DNA of 64,000 bases from assembly GCA_963699755.1 (NCBI GenBank), contig CAVOVB010000005.1, forward strand, positions 1-64,000, given 5' to 3'. The notes beneath the pieces are model-generated. The model was not told the DNA's origin, did not search any database, and saw nothing but the letters and a program-made list of their open reading frames with translations. A program made the position numbers and the translations under genes. The stretch comes from an uncultured delta proteobacterium. Its GTDB lineage: Bacteria > Myxococcota_A > Polyangia > Polyangiales > Houyiibacteriaceae. How positions within the stretch are numbered: position 1 is the first letter of the stretch; each line of letters opens with the position of its first letter. Of the stretch, positions 53,222 to 63,372 are shown one piece after another.

Positions 53222-54166
53222 TCAGCCGCTCTGGTCCGAGACGAGTGCGGAGGCTGCGATCTGGAAGTCCTCGATCGAGCTGATGAACGTGGCTCTGGGG
53301 ATGCGGGAGGTGAGTGGGTGGTCAGGTGGGCAACCGATCCAAACGGGAACCTTCGGCGACACCGTGTTTACCAGCCGTTCGACCTGCATCATCTCGTCCT
53401 CGCTCATGTGGCGAACCACCGACAAGACCAGGATGTCGGCGTTGCTGCGCGCAACGCTCCAGATGATTTCTTCGGTCGGAAGATCCGGCCCTAGGTAGAG
53501 CACGTCGAATCCGGCCTCCTTGGCAAGGACCGAGCCTGCAAGAATGCCAAACTCGTGGAGCTGGCCGGCTGGGGTCGTGAACAAGAGGCGTCGTGCCCCG
53601 GGGGTCGTAGGAATCTGCTCGAGACGGCTAGTCATCAGGCTCTTCAGCTGCGCCCTCACCAAATGCTCGGGCGCAGTGCCCAGCGTCCCTTCGCTCCAAC
53701 GGCGACCCACTTCCCACATGATCGGGATGGCCACAGCTATGATGAGTTGAAGATTGCCGAGATCTTCGCTCATTGCCTTGAGCTTCTGGAAGGCTTCTCC
53801 GATCTCCAGGTTTTCGATGGCGTCTAGATAGGCCTGCTGTTCCGCTGACAACGGCGGCTGAGTCGGTCGTGGGGGCCGAATCGGCGGCTTCTGGCTCTGG
53901 CGCATCGCAGTGAGCTCATTCGTCGATAGCCCGGCAAGCGTCTGCAGCGCATAGCCGCGCTCCCGCAGCTCCTTGAGACAGATCAGTCGAGTCACATCAT
54001 CCTCGCTGAACTGCCGGGTGCCCCCGTTGCTCCTGGCAGGCTCGATGGCTCGATATCGTCGCTCCCAGGCCCGGATGGTGTCCGGATTCAGGCCTGTCAG
54101 GGCGACGACCGCCCGGATGGGCAGCATTCCGGGTTTGGGGGGCTCGGTCACGTCAAACCTGAACAT
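53222..54166 (-). CDS. MerR-family regulator with cobalamin-binding domain (CarH/CarA/LitR-like)
   Basis: TIRAWERRY HTH; W-x9-EH (WSEGTLGTAPEH); B12 His motif QLHEFG; YLGPDLP. Confidence 0.88.
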   Translation of the reverse strand: MFRFDVTEPPKPGMLPIRAVVALTGLNPDTIRAWERRYRAIEPARSNGGTRQFSEDDVTRLICLKELRERGYALQTLAGLSTNELTAMRQSQKPPIRPPRPTQPPLSAEQQAYLDAIENLEIGEAFQKLKAMSEDLGNLQLIIAVAIPIMWEVGRRWSEGTLGTAPEHLVRAQLKSLMTSRLEQIPTTPGARRLLFTTPAGQLHEFGILAGSVLAKEAGFDVLYLGPDLPTEEIIWSVARSNADILVLSVVRHMSEDEMMQVERLVNTVSPKVPVWIGCPPDHPLTSRIPRATFISSIEDFQIAASALVSDQSG

Positions 54167-54370
54167 GTATAGAAAATCGTGAAGTCGCAACCCTTGTCGA
54201 TTGCACCAGATCGGGTCAGTTGGCGGATTCAGCCTGCAAATTAGTCAGATCGCTTCCTTGATGGCCCGGGCCACGAAAGCATGAATCTGGACCGTATCCG
54301 GCCATGACTTGGACTTCTCGCAGAGAAATGGGAACGTCCCGCTCGCCCGGGGATTCGCCAGTCGCCTGCC

Positions 54371-54847
54371 TCAGCGCCGGACAGCATCCTTCATGCGTCG
54401 ACTGTAGTCCCAGGAGGCGATCCAGGTGGGCCGTAGTCGAACGACGAGCTCCTCGTCGGCGCGTGCGAGCAGAAAGCGGCCGAGGCCCGAGTCGATAGAG
54501 CCGAGGTACCGTTCGAGGAGATGCTCCAGCAGCGCAGAGGCACCTTCCGAATCGAGGCTGGCCAGCGCCTGTCCCCGCACCCCATGGTACGGAGGCTCGT
54601 TGGGGGCAACCTCGAAGGCGCAGCGTGGGTCTGCCTTCAAGCGTTTCGCGACGCGGGCGTCCCGGTGGACCACGGCCACAAGCTCGTCCTCTTGGCGCGC
54701 GAACCAGACAGAGAGGATGACCGGAAAACCGGAGTCGGTGTTCGCCGCGAGCCGCATGGGGATGCGCGCCTCAGTCAGGAACTCCCGGACACGGGACTCC
54801 GACCAGGGGCCGTAAAGGCGAATCGGTGATGACGGCGCTGCGCTCAT
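54371..54847 (-). CDS. Pyridoxamine 5'-phosphate oxidase-like (split-barrel flavin-binding) protein
   Basis: PMRLA, SVWF, DPRCAFEV, YHGVRGQ, SWDY. Confidence 0.8.
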   Translation of the reverse strand: MSAAPSSPIRLYGPWSESRVREFLTEARIPMRLAANTDSGFPVILSVWFARQEDELVAVVHRDARVAKRLKADPRCAFEVAPNEPPYHGVRGQALASLDSEGASALLEHLLERYLGSIDSGLGRFLLARADEELVVRLRPTWIASWDYSRRMKDAVRR

Positions 54848-54999
54848 AGTCCTCTGTGATCCGTTATGTCGGGCATGAGCGAAACGGGCAAACTGCCGCT
54901 GCGATCACCTCCCCATAGCACCTAGCATCCCGCATTTGTGCCCCTGGAGCCGAGCCGAATCGAGCAGCGCTAGTCCCTGGGCGGACCGAGCCAACGAGC

Positions 55000-55938
55000 T
55001 CATCCATTGCTCGGCGGCAGCTGTCGTATGTCGAGAGGCGTCTTTGGAAAGACTTCGATCGCGGCGGCCGCCAAGGACACGGCGCGTTCGGTCTGATCGA
55101 TGGCCTGGAGGACGCGCGCGCTCAAGAGGTGCTTCGTCGAGCGTCGCCTATCGAAACGCACGGAATAGCGAATCGTGAAAGTTACCCAGTTCTGATCGAA
55201 CACGAACGTTATCGAGGGAGCGGTGGCAGCGTCTTCGAGTGGATAGCGCTTTTGCATGCGCTCCCACACGCGGGCCGACTCTTTTGCGTACTCGCCGCAT
55301 ATCTCGTCCGCGACTTCTTGCAGGAGCGCACGCGCCGCTTCGAGATCACTTCCGAATCGAATAGGAATGTATATTTCGTCCCATAGAAAAGGAAAGTCGC
55401 CCGAATAGTTCACGACCGGCTCTTTGAAGACGAAGCTGTTGGCCACTCGCACCATCCGGCCGTTGTAGAGATCCCCGTTGACCCACTGTCCCAACTCCGC
55501 CAGTGTGGTTCGGAGCACTCCGATGTCGATGACGTCGCCTTTGATACCTCCGAGCTGGATCCGATCCCCCACCGAATAGAAACTGCCGAAAGAGACGGCC
55601 GCCCATCCGGCCACGCTCATGATGACCTCTTGCAGCGCAAACGCGATGCCCGCACCGGCGACGCCAAAGACGACGCTGAGCCGGCCCAGCCGGTCGCTGA
55701 AGACTGCAAGCAGGACCAGCGCTCCCAGAAAGTACCCTAGGAACCCAATCACTTTGCGTGCACGGTACCGAACGGCCTTGTCGCCGATGTAGCGGGTGGC
55801 GAGTCGCTTGACGCCCTGTACGATGGCGATGACGACCACGATCGCGATCACGGTGCTCACCAGCTTCCCCAGGACCGGATCGTCGAACAGCTTGAACATG
55901 TTTTTCAGAGTTTTGTCCACCGCAGAGTCCTCGGTCAT
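55000..55938 (-). CDS. MscS-family mechanosensitive channel
   Basis: GAGIAFALQE, GDRIQLGGIKGDVIDIG, NYS. Confidence 0.9.
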   Translation of the reverse strand: MTEDSAVDKTLKNMFKLFDDPVLGKLVSTVIAIVVVIAIVQGVKRLATRYIGDKAVRYRARKVIGFLGYFLGALVLLAVFSDRLGRLSVVFGVAGAGIAFALQEVIMSVAGWAAVSFGSFYSVGDRIQLGGIKGDVIDIGVLRTTLAELGQWVNGDLYNGRMVRVANSFVFKEPVVNYSGDFPFLWDEIYIPIRFGSDLEAARALLQEVADEICGEYAKESARVWERMQKRYPLEDAATAPSITFVFDQNWVTFTIRYSVRFDRRRSTKHLLSARVLQAIDQTERAVSLAAAAIEVFPKTPLDIRQLPPSNG

Positions 55939-56095
55939 CGTTGTTTTTCCAATCCGCGCTTGGGCTTGTCCGGGGGTGAACTCTACCCCAAACGGGTCGC
56001 ACGCGTCTCGATCCACCGCGCGCGATGGTGATGTCGATGCAAGTACGATGAACGGGGTCGCCTTGCCGCCTATTCGCTATCTCTGCACAATGGGA

Positions 56096-56308
56096 ATGAT
56101 GCATCGACTTCGCCTCGCCGGTATCGTGACTCTCGTAGTCGTGATCCTCGCCTTCATTCTTTCGAACTGGGGTACGGTTCGAGTAGGCATCCTCGGAATC
56201 GACATTCTTCAAGCGCCTGCGAGCGTGGTCATCCTGGTGTCGGTCGCTCTGGGAATGGCACTGGGGTTTCTCGTTCACACGATTCGCGGGGCTCGGCGCA
56301 AGCCGTAG
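56096..56308 (+). CDS. LapA/DUF1049-like small membrane protein
   Basis: Two TM helices separated by FILSN...V.V; basic tail. Confidence 0.6.
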   Translation: MMHRLRLAGIVTLVVVILAFILSNWGTVRVGILGIDILQAPASVVILVSVALGMALGFLVHTIRGARRKP

Positions 56309-56469
56309 AGACCTCGACGGTGGCCTAGGATCACGCGATTCGCGAGGTTAAGTTGATCTGCTGGGCCGGAGGTCATCACGGTCGACTGCAATCTTCTCTG
56401 CTCTGCGCACGAAGCGCTGCATGCGCTGCGGGTGTCGCGCAGCGCCAGCTACCCGAACGCCCTGCCGGG

Positions 56470-56955
56470 GGCGGCTCTCGTGCTTCTCGCCCGCTTTCCT
56501 CTCACGCCGCTGCTCTACAGCCTGCTAGCGGCACACGGAGCCGTGTTGATCGTGGGAGGCACTACACCTACGCGGAGCTTCCCCTGGGCTTCTGGATTCA
56601 GGACGCCTTTGGCTTGGCGCGCAATCACTACGACCGCATCGGCCACTTCGCTCAGGGATTCGTTCCTGCGAGCCTAGCTCGCGAGCTTCTGCTGCGACTG
56701 ACTCCCCTGCGCCCCGGTAAGTCGCTCTTCTTCCTCGTCATCTGTGTATGCCTTGCATTTAGCGCCTTCTACGAGCTGGTTGAATGGTGGGTTGCTGCTG
56801 CCACGGGTTCGGCCGCCGAGGCTTTCCTTGGGACGCAGGGCGACCCGTGGGATACGCAGTGGGACATGTTCCTTGCGCTCATCGGCGCAGTGACCGCCCA
56901 GCTTCTCTTGTCCCGCGCTCACGACCGACAGCTGGCCGAGCTCGTCACGATGTAG
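56470..56955 (+). pseudogene. DUF2238 (YjdF) membrane protein, 5'-truncated and frameshifted
   Basis: FPLTPLLY...LIVGG / HYTYAE (frameshift ~56558), RNHYDRIGHFAQG, FLGTQGDPWDTQWDM. Confidence 0.75.
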
Positions 56956-56972
56956 GCGACCAGGGGGTGTCC

Positions 56973-57884
56973 CTAGTTCTCGGTCCCTAGAATGCCGATT
57001 CCGACGCGCGAAAGTTGTTCACCAAACAAGCTGGTGGCGTAGATCGAGCAAGGGTCGAATTCCCCTCGGCCGAAGGCGATGCTGGCGGCGGATGCGACGC
57101 CCTGAGCGATAATCGCCACGGTACCGTCCGGCTTCACCTGGGCGATCTCGCTCTTGAGGTTGAGAGCGACATAGACGTTTCCTTCACTGTCGATCGCTAC
57201 CCCGTCTGGTGTCGAGACCCCCCCCTCGAAGGTCACCCATTTCTCTGGAGCTCCGGCTTCGCCGTCCTCGCTCACCGGGACACGCCAAAGACCGGGGTCG
57301 TCGAATGTCGCTGCGACGTAGAGCGTCCGATTGTCGAGCGAGAAGACCATCCCGTTCGGGGTCGGTACGCCATCGGACCAGACCGATACATCACCCTCCA
57401 GCGTCACCTCTCGAATGATCGAGGTGCCGATCCTGTCGTCGGATACCAGGGTCGTGCCCCAGGGTGTCGTGACGACGAAGTTGGGCTCGCCAAGCTCGCT
57501 GGCAATGACCTCCGAGCTGCCCGTCTCCGGGTCGATCAGGAGAAGCTCGCCCGTCTCTATGCTCGCCGCCAGGATTCCATCGTCATGGCTGGCCAGACCG
57601 AGAAGTGACTCGGACTCGGCCGCGACCTCGCTCGACCCATCGGCTGCAAAGCGCAGCAACTGGTCGTCTGCGTCCGTGGGGCGCGCGGAAACGAACAGCG
57701 CCCCGTTGCCGTCAAAGGTGAGGCCTTCGCTGAACGTGCCGAGAGGATCCGCGAAAGGCTGCACCTCCCCAACGGCGATATCCGTCGCGCAGGTCCGGGC
57801 GGGCCCGGTGGTCGAGCTCGAGTCCGAGCCGCATCCCAGGAGCCCCAAGACCATCGTCGCGCCTAGCATGGGCCACTTGCTCAT
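56973..57884 (-). CDS. SMP-30/gluconolactonase-family beta-propeller lipoprotein
   Basis: Lipobox LLGC; SEG, PNGMVFS, PDGVAID motifs. Confidence 0.85.
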   Translation of the reverse strand: MSKWPMLGATMVLGLLGCGSDSSSTTGPARTCATDIAVGEVQPFADPLGTFSEGLTFDGNGALFVSARPTDADDQLLRFAADGSSEVAAESESLLGLASHDDGILAASIETGELLLIDPETGSSEVIASELGEPNFVVTTPWGTTLVSDDRIGTSIIREVTLEGDVSVWSDGVPTPNGMVFSLDNRTLYVAATFDDPGLWRVPVSEDGEAGAPEKWVTFEGGVSTPDGVAIDSEGNVYVALNLKSEIAQVKPDGTVAIIAQGVASAASIAFGRGEFDPCSIYATSLFGEQLSRVGIGILGTEN

Positions 57885-57953
57885 CGAATGTCCTCCTCGG
57901 GCGCCTTGCGCGCCAAGTGCTGTATATCACGGCAAGCCTGGATGACGCAGCGC

Positions 57954-58418
57954 TCAGAGAAAATTCGATCCCGTAAGGTCGCAGGAATACATGGTGGCAG
58001 AGCCGAACCAATCCCAGACGATGATCATCGTGTCGCCACTCGGCCGCCACTCGACGGTGAGTCGGTCTCCTGGAATCCTGCTCCAGAGCTCAGCGAAGGA
58101 GTTTTCGCCGTTGATCGAGTAGGTGCGGTCGGGGAGACTCAAGGTGCCGGTCGTGTAGAAGGTGTAATCACCTGTCCCTATGACTCCGGTGATGCTTGGA
58201 TTGGGACCCGGACCCCAGGTGATGCCGGATTGCCCGATGGCCTCGACCTCGAGTGTGAGCGCTCCCGCGAATCCGGCGATGTTGCAATCGAACGTGAACC
58301 TAGCCTTGTTCGAGCCCACCCCGTCCGTCCCTCCCTCGGCGTCCCCGCAGCCCCCCGCGAGCACGGCAACCAAGGCCACGCAATGCGTGCGCCGTAGCGA
58401 GGAAGCCCGTGGAGCCAA
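57954..58418 (-). CDS. Hypothetical lipoprotein
   Basis: LAGGC lipobox-like signal; compact beta-rich domain with a Cys pair. Confidence 0.6.
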   Translation of the reverse strand: MAPRASSLRRTHCVALVAVLAGGCGDAEGGTDGVGSNKARFTFDCNIAGFAGALTLEVEAIGQSGITWGPGPNPSITGVIGTGDYTFYTTGTLSLPDRTYSINGENSFAELWSRIPGDRLTVEWRPSGDTMIIVWDWFGSATMYSCDLTGSNFL

Positions 58419-58642
58419 GCGCCCGCGCGATCATCGTGGCGAACATCTCGCGACGGACGAGGTTCTGAGGAACGACAGCCTTTCGGGTAACCGTGGTGCA
58501 ACGCCTGCGCGCTCCCAATGCAATCGGCATCGGCGACGGTTCCCAGATGGTGAATCAGCACCTAGTCTTATGAAAGAATGGTCGAACGCTCGGCACTGCT
58601 TGGCGGTTTGCTTGTGGTTTCCGCGGGTCGGGAGGCGTCCAG

Positions 58643-59671
58643 ATGACCGGTAAGATCCTTCATGCCTCGCTCTCGCGGATCACGGACCTCGACCGTGTGG
58701 GTTTTGATTGTCAGCCGCTTCCACGCGAGCAATGGGAGCTTGGGGACTACGTCATCGGAAGCGCCACCATTGCGCGCGGCGGTTTCTCGGCCGTCGAGCT
58801 GACGAGTGGTCGCGTGGCTCATGCCGTCAGCGGCGACTCGATCCTCGGGGCGCTTGCGGTTCGCCATGCAACCTTGGAAGTCGTGGGGTCGTGGGAAGCA
58901 GTGGGCGCTGATGGGCGCATGCACCTGCTCAGCGCCGGCGGGTTGCTGGGTCGAACCACGTCGGTCTCTGGCATGCTCGCGTCCCCGATGCGTATCACCT
59001 ATCGGGGCCATGCGGCGCGGGGCGGTGCAAAGCTGCGGATGCAGGACTTCGCAAAGGCGCCCTCGAGAACGCAGCAATACGAGGTTCCTACAATTCTCAT
59101 CATTGGAACCTCGATGTCGGCTGGGAAGACGACATGCGCCAGGATCATCGTGCGCGAGCTCAAGAAGGCCGGGCACCGTGTCGCGGGCGCGAAGCTCACA
59201 GGCGCGGGCCGCTATCGCGACATCCTCGCGATGCAAGACGCGGGAGCCGACACCATCTTCGACTTCGTCGACGTCGGCCTGCCCTCGTCGGTGGTGGATC
59301 ACGAGGAGTTCCGGCCTCGAATGCGCGATCTGCTCGGGCTCCTCGCCGAAGCGAAGCCTGACGTGGTCGTAGCGGAAGCGGGCGCATCGCCTCTCGAGCC
59401 CTACAATGGCGACACCGCACTCGAGGAGCTTCAGGGCGCCGTTGGGCTGACCGTCCTGTGTGCGTCGGACCCCTACTCCGTGATGGGTGTCATGCGCGGA
59501 TACGACATGATGCGGCCTGACGTCGTGGCCGGGGTTGCAACCAGCACCAGCGCCGGCGTCGAGCTCGTCGAGAAGCTGACTGGCACGAAGGCGCTCAACA
59601 TGCTCGACGCAGGGTCGCTCCCCGAGCTTCGCCGCCTTCTGGCCCAAGTAGTCCCACCAGAGCGCGGCTGA
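58643..59671 (+). CDS. DUF1611-like P-loop NTPase
   Basis: GTSMSAGKTT, GAKLTGAGRYRD, DFVDVGLPS; GGAGG RBS. Confidence 0.75.
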   Translation: MTGKILHASLSRITDLDRVGFDCQPLPREQWELGDYVIGSATIARGGFSAVELTSGRVAHAVSGDSILGALAVRHATLEVVGSWEAVGADGRMHLLSAGGLLGRTTSVSGMLASPMRITYRGHAARGGAKLRMQDFAKAPSRTQQYEVPTILIIGTSMSAGKTTCARIIVRELKKAGHRVAGAKLTGAGRYRDILAMQDAGADTIFDFVDVGLPSSVVDHEEFRPRMRDLLGLLAEAKPDVVVAEAGASPLEPYNGDTALEELQGAVGLTVLCASDPYSVMGVMRGYDMMRPDVVAGVATSTSAGVELVEKLTGTKALNMLDAGSLPELRRLLAQVVPPERG

Positions 59672-59904
59672 GACGATCGAAATCTCCGCTCTGCAAACGT
59701 GATCATCGCAGAGTCGCTTTCCGCGCATGTGACCGAGGTCTTGACCGGCTTCGCGCAAGAAGGTGTCCCGGCCGAAGCCGTTGCAGGGCCTCTAGGAAGC
59801 GAAGTGAAAGAGCATCTGCGGGCGGACGTGCAGGCAGGTCCGCATCTGCGACAACTGCCTCCGCTAGGTTTCCTCGATGCCCCGGGCGGTGCTAGCGTCA
59901 CGGC

Positions 59905-60894
59905 ATGCGGCAGATCTTGGGCCGGACGGCGCGTCTCGATCCTCGTTTCCTGATCGAGGACTGCGAGCCCGTGTACGTTCAGACTTGGCGGAACGGCCTG
60001 CTCGACAGCAAAGTCACCGAGGGACTCCAAGAGCTGGAGGAATGCCGCGTGTGCCCACGCAACTGTCGCATCAATCGCCTGAAGGACGAGCGTCGGGTCT
60101 GCAATACCGGGCGCCGTGCAATAGTGAGCTCGGCTTTTCCGCATTTCGGGGAAGAGGACTGCCTCAGAGGCCACCGCGGCAGCGGCACGATCTTCTTTGG
60201 CCTCTGCAATCTACGCTGTGTGTTCTGCCAGAACTGGGACATCAGTCAGCGGGAAACGGGCTTCGAGCTGCAAGCTGAGCAGATCGCCGACCTGGCGCTC
60301 GAGCTTCAGGGCCGAGGCTGCCACAACATCAACTTCGTGACCCCCGAGCACGTCGTTCCTCAAGTCATCGAAGCGCTCGCCGTTGCGATTCCCCGAGGCC
60401 TTCGCATCCCGATCGTCTACAACACCAGCGCCTACGATAGCCTTGCATCGCTTCGACTGTTGGAAGGGCTCGTCGACATCTACATGCCGGACTTCAAGTT
60501 CTGGCACAGGGAGAGCGCGCGCGTGCTGTGCAAAGCGAAAGACTATCCCGTCGTGGCGCGCGCGGCGATCCTGGAGATGCATCGCCAGGTCGGCGACTTG
60601 CGATTCGGACCGGATGGGACCGCGCGTCGCGGCTTGCTGGTGAGGCACCTGGTGATGCCTGGGCAGACCGATGAAGCCGAAGCGATCATGCGGTGGCTCG
60701 CGGACGAAGTCTCTCCGGACACCTACGTCAACGTGATGGGGCAATATCAGCCCCAATATCGAGTCGGTGAAATCGCCCGCGACGGCAAGCCACGCTACGA
60801 GTCGATCGATCGGCGGCCAACCGACCACGAAATAGCCGCAGCACGTGGCGCGGCCCGCGCCGCGGGCCTCTCGCGGCTCGACGCGAGGGCTTGA
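59905..60894 (+). CDS. Radical SAM protein, PflX-like
   Basis: CRVCPRNC, HFGEE, CNLRCVFCQN (CxxxCxxC), YMPDFK, RHLVMPG. Confidence 0.88.
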   Translation: MRQILGRTARLDPRFLIEDCEPVYVQTWRNGLLDSKVTEGLQELEECRVCPRNCRINRLKDERRVCNTGRRAIVSSAFPHFGEEDCLRGHRGSGTIFFGLCNLRCVFCQNWDISQRETGFELQAEQIADLALELQGRGCHNINFVTPEHVVPQVIEALAVAIPRGLRIPIVYNTSAYDSLASLRLLEGLVDIYMPDFKFWHRESARVLCKAKDYPVVARAAILEMHRQVGDLRFGPDGTARRGLLVRHLVMPGQTDEAEAIMRWLADEVSPDTYVNVMGQYQPQYRVGEIARDGKPRYESIDRRPTDHEIAAARGAARAAGLSRLDARA

Positions 60895-60937
60895 CGATAC
60901 GCGCTGGTTTCCGAGCTAGGACGATAGATTCGAGTGG

Positions 60938-61411
60938 TCAACCGCCGCCGATGTCCACGTCGTAGCCCTCGTAGACGAGATCGGCACCACGTTGACGATG
61001 GCGAACGATGGCAACCAGTACCGCCAGAACCTGACTTCTCAGTTCTTCGGGGTCCGATGAACCCTTGGCGCTGGCGATGGCCTCGGCAACTTGCCGAGTG
61101 AGCTCAGGATGCTCGTCCCGAACGCGATCGATCTTGTTGACCAGCCTTGGTGCGTCGTCTGTCAGCTGGGCGAGGAGGCCTTCGGGACTTTCTACTTCCG
61201 CCACATGCTGTTCAAGAGCGATGCGCAGGTTCTCCAGCTCGGTTTGCAGGTTGGAGCGCCAGTTTGGCCCCCCAATCGGGGACGAAGCTGCGATTTCAAC
61301 GTTTGACACCGCTCCTTTCAACTCAACGCGGCGTTGCCGAGCCGCCTCGAGTGCGCGCCCCTGCTGCATCTCACTTTCGCTCACGTGTGTCATCTCCTCG
61401 AACAAGAACAA
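60938..61411 (-). CDS. Hemerythrin-like helical hypothetical protein
   Basis: HVAEVE, DEH, RHRQRGADLVYE; all-helical. Confidence 0.55.
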   Translation of the reverse strand: MFLFEEMTHVSESEMQQGRALEAARQRRVELKGAVSNVEIAASSPIGGPNWRSNLQTELENLRIALEQHVAEVESPEGLLAQLTDDAPRLVNKIDRVRDEHPELTRQVAEAIASAKGSSDPEELRSQVLAVLVAIVRHRQRGADLVYEGYDVDIGGG

Positions 61412-61662
61412 TGGCCGCTGTGGGGCCGCGCGCAGAATCAGGGCAGCGCGTTGGCTCCCGGGAGCCAGAGCATTGCCGGGAAAGCCAGCAACAGCAAGGG
61501 TGTGCTCCCTCAGAACCCCGTCGAGTGCAGAATCGTCGATGTTTGGGCGTTCGGGTCAAGCTGACCGCCCCCCAACAGAGCAGGCTCGCCGAGGCTCTCG
61601 TACTGCTCGAGAGTCGGGACGAACCCGTCGCCGAGCGGGCGGGCTCACCTGGGAGGCAAGCG

Positions 61663-61842
61663 ATGGTTTGCAAAGGAATTGTGGTGTCGATCCTAGCCCT
61701 GGCGCTTGGCGCCTAGGGCTGGGGGGATGGCACCAACGCTTCGGGTGGCGCGGCCGGTACGGGCGGCTCGGCCGGCACGGGTGGCGGTAAACTAACGAAC
61801 GCGTGTAACGACCGAGGGGTCGAGCGACTGCTCAATCTCTGA
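61663..61842 (+). pseudogene. Decayed lipoprotein 5' end
   Basis: GGAGG RBS, signal peptide, in-frame TAG at 61714-61716, then a GGAAGTGGSAGTGG linker. Confidence 0.45.
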
Positions 61843-62246
61843 ACGATGGCGCTCGGGTAGGATGTCCCGCACAACGCTCCCCAGCATCTTCTGTCGAGGT
61901 GTGATGTCCCCTTTCCTCCAGCGGGTCGAATCCTCGTCGAGCCAGGCGTCTTGGTCGAACGGAAGCGCATCGGACCCAATTGGAAGCGGAGGCGAGCCAA
62001 TGGAGCGAAGTCCTACCGCGGCACCGAACACCAGAAGCCCGATCAACGGAATGCTGACGAGATGTGACGAGCGTGGACCGAGTGGCCTCGAAAGCGCGGA
62101 GACCACGACCCAACGAATCCCGCCACACAGGGCGACGCACGCAAGGACCAGTAGCGCGACTGGTGCGGATCCCGCGACAGAGACACGCCGCTTCGCGAGA
62201 GCTGGTGCAGGTTCCCGAATTGGAGCACGATGGAGGCTAGCCATTG

Positions 62247-62483
62247 TTGAGTAACAAGAGTTGATCGCCCGAATCACCGTCAATCCCGAGATCTCCGGCG
62301 GAAAGCCGATCATCGGCGGGAGATGTCTGGCGGTGGAGCATGTCGGCGCGCGAGCAAGGCTCGATATGCGTGGATATACCAAGTCGCTATCGGGAAGAGC
62401 TCGCCACCGGTGCGATTGTTACGGTCGAGCCCGGTCGCATTGGTATCCCCCCAGCAACAACCGGCGAAGAGCCCACGACCTGA
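62247..62483 (+). pseudogene. Collapsed DUF433 antitoxin / DUF5615 (PIN-like) toxin pair
   Basis: RITVNPEISGGKPII (DUF433 N-terminus) joined at ~62343 to SAREQGSICVDIPSRYREELATGAIVTVEPGRI (DUF5615-like C-terminus, own translation). Confidence 0.6.
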
Positions 62484-62826
62484 CGCTGTAAAGTTTCCGA
62501 CGCGATTCTTCTGAAGTTGCTCGCAGTCTTATACGTATGGCAAGAGCCAATCGACCTCTGCCGCCAATCTTTTCACGTCGGAGAGAATCCGTTCGATCAG
62601 CTCGGAGAGGTCGACCGAGCGACCCTCCTCGACCGCACCCGGGTTGGCGTCGAGCAAAGCGCTTGGGCCCTTTGTCTCCAAAACCGGACCTGGCGGCCGA
62701 CGACGGTATCTGGCGAGACGTCAACCCGGGTCGGGTCGTCAACCTTGATGCTGTAGAGCGACCTCCTGCCCCGCATGGCACCGTTGTTGAGTCTGCAAAC
62801 CAACAACCACCAAGGAGGCGGAGGCC

Positions 62827-63335
62827 ATGGAATACTGTGGATTGGATCTGGGTCGAAAGTCGAGCCGATACTGCGTCGTCGATGACCACAAGCACATCAT
62901 CTGGCAGGGCAACGTTCGGCAAACACAGGAGCACTTGCGTAGCGTCTTTCGCTCGGGCTTACCGATGCGCGTCATCGTGGAAGCGACGACACAGGCGTTC
63001 TTGACAGCGGATTTGCTGCGCGAGCTCGGGCACGATGTGCGTGTCGTCGACCGGAATCGCACCAAAGCGATCGGGGCGGCACTCATCCCGGCAACACGAC
63101 CAGACGCGGCGGGATCACCAAACACGGCAACCGCCAAGCTCGATGGGCGCTCACCATGGCCGCGAGCTCAGTTCTGCTCAGCAAAGGCGACAGTGCGCTC
63201 CAACAATGGGGGCGACAACCGGCCGCTCGCGTCAGGCGCAAGAAAGCCTGCTGTGCCATCGCACGCCGCCTGGCAGCGCTTCTGTGGGCCATGCGGACGA
63301 ACGAAACGGCGTTCGACACGCGTCTACCCGCCTGG
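62827..63335 (+). pseudogene. IS110 transposase with central deletion
   Basis: YCGLDLG...IVEAT (RuvC-like DEDD N-half) joined at ~63087 to GNTTRRGGITKHGN...AIARRLA (C-terminal domain) in another frame. Confidence 0.85.
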
Positions 63336-63372
63336 GATTCCGCGCACTACCCGCTCTGTGACGGTCCCCTAT

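Noticed and set aside
54167..54370. CarH operator (11-bp spaced TnnACA repeats)
   Set aside because: Isolated TCGACA/TATACA hexamers are present but not at the required periodicity.
61792..62244. Membrane protein fragment with FDQDAW...RQKM motif, possible integron cassette
   Set aside because: Truncated; no attC-like structure or integron integrase identified.
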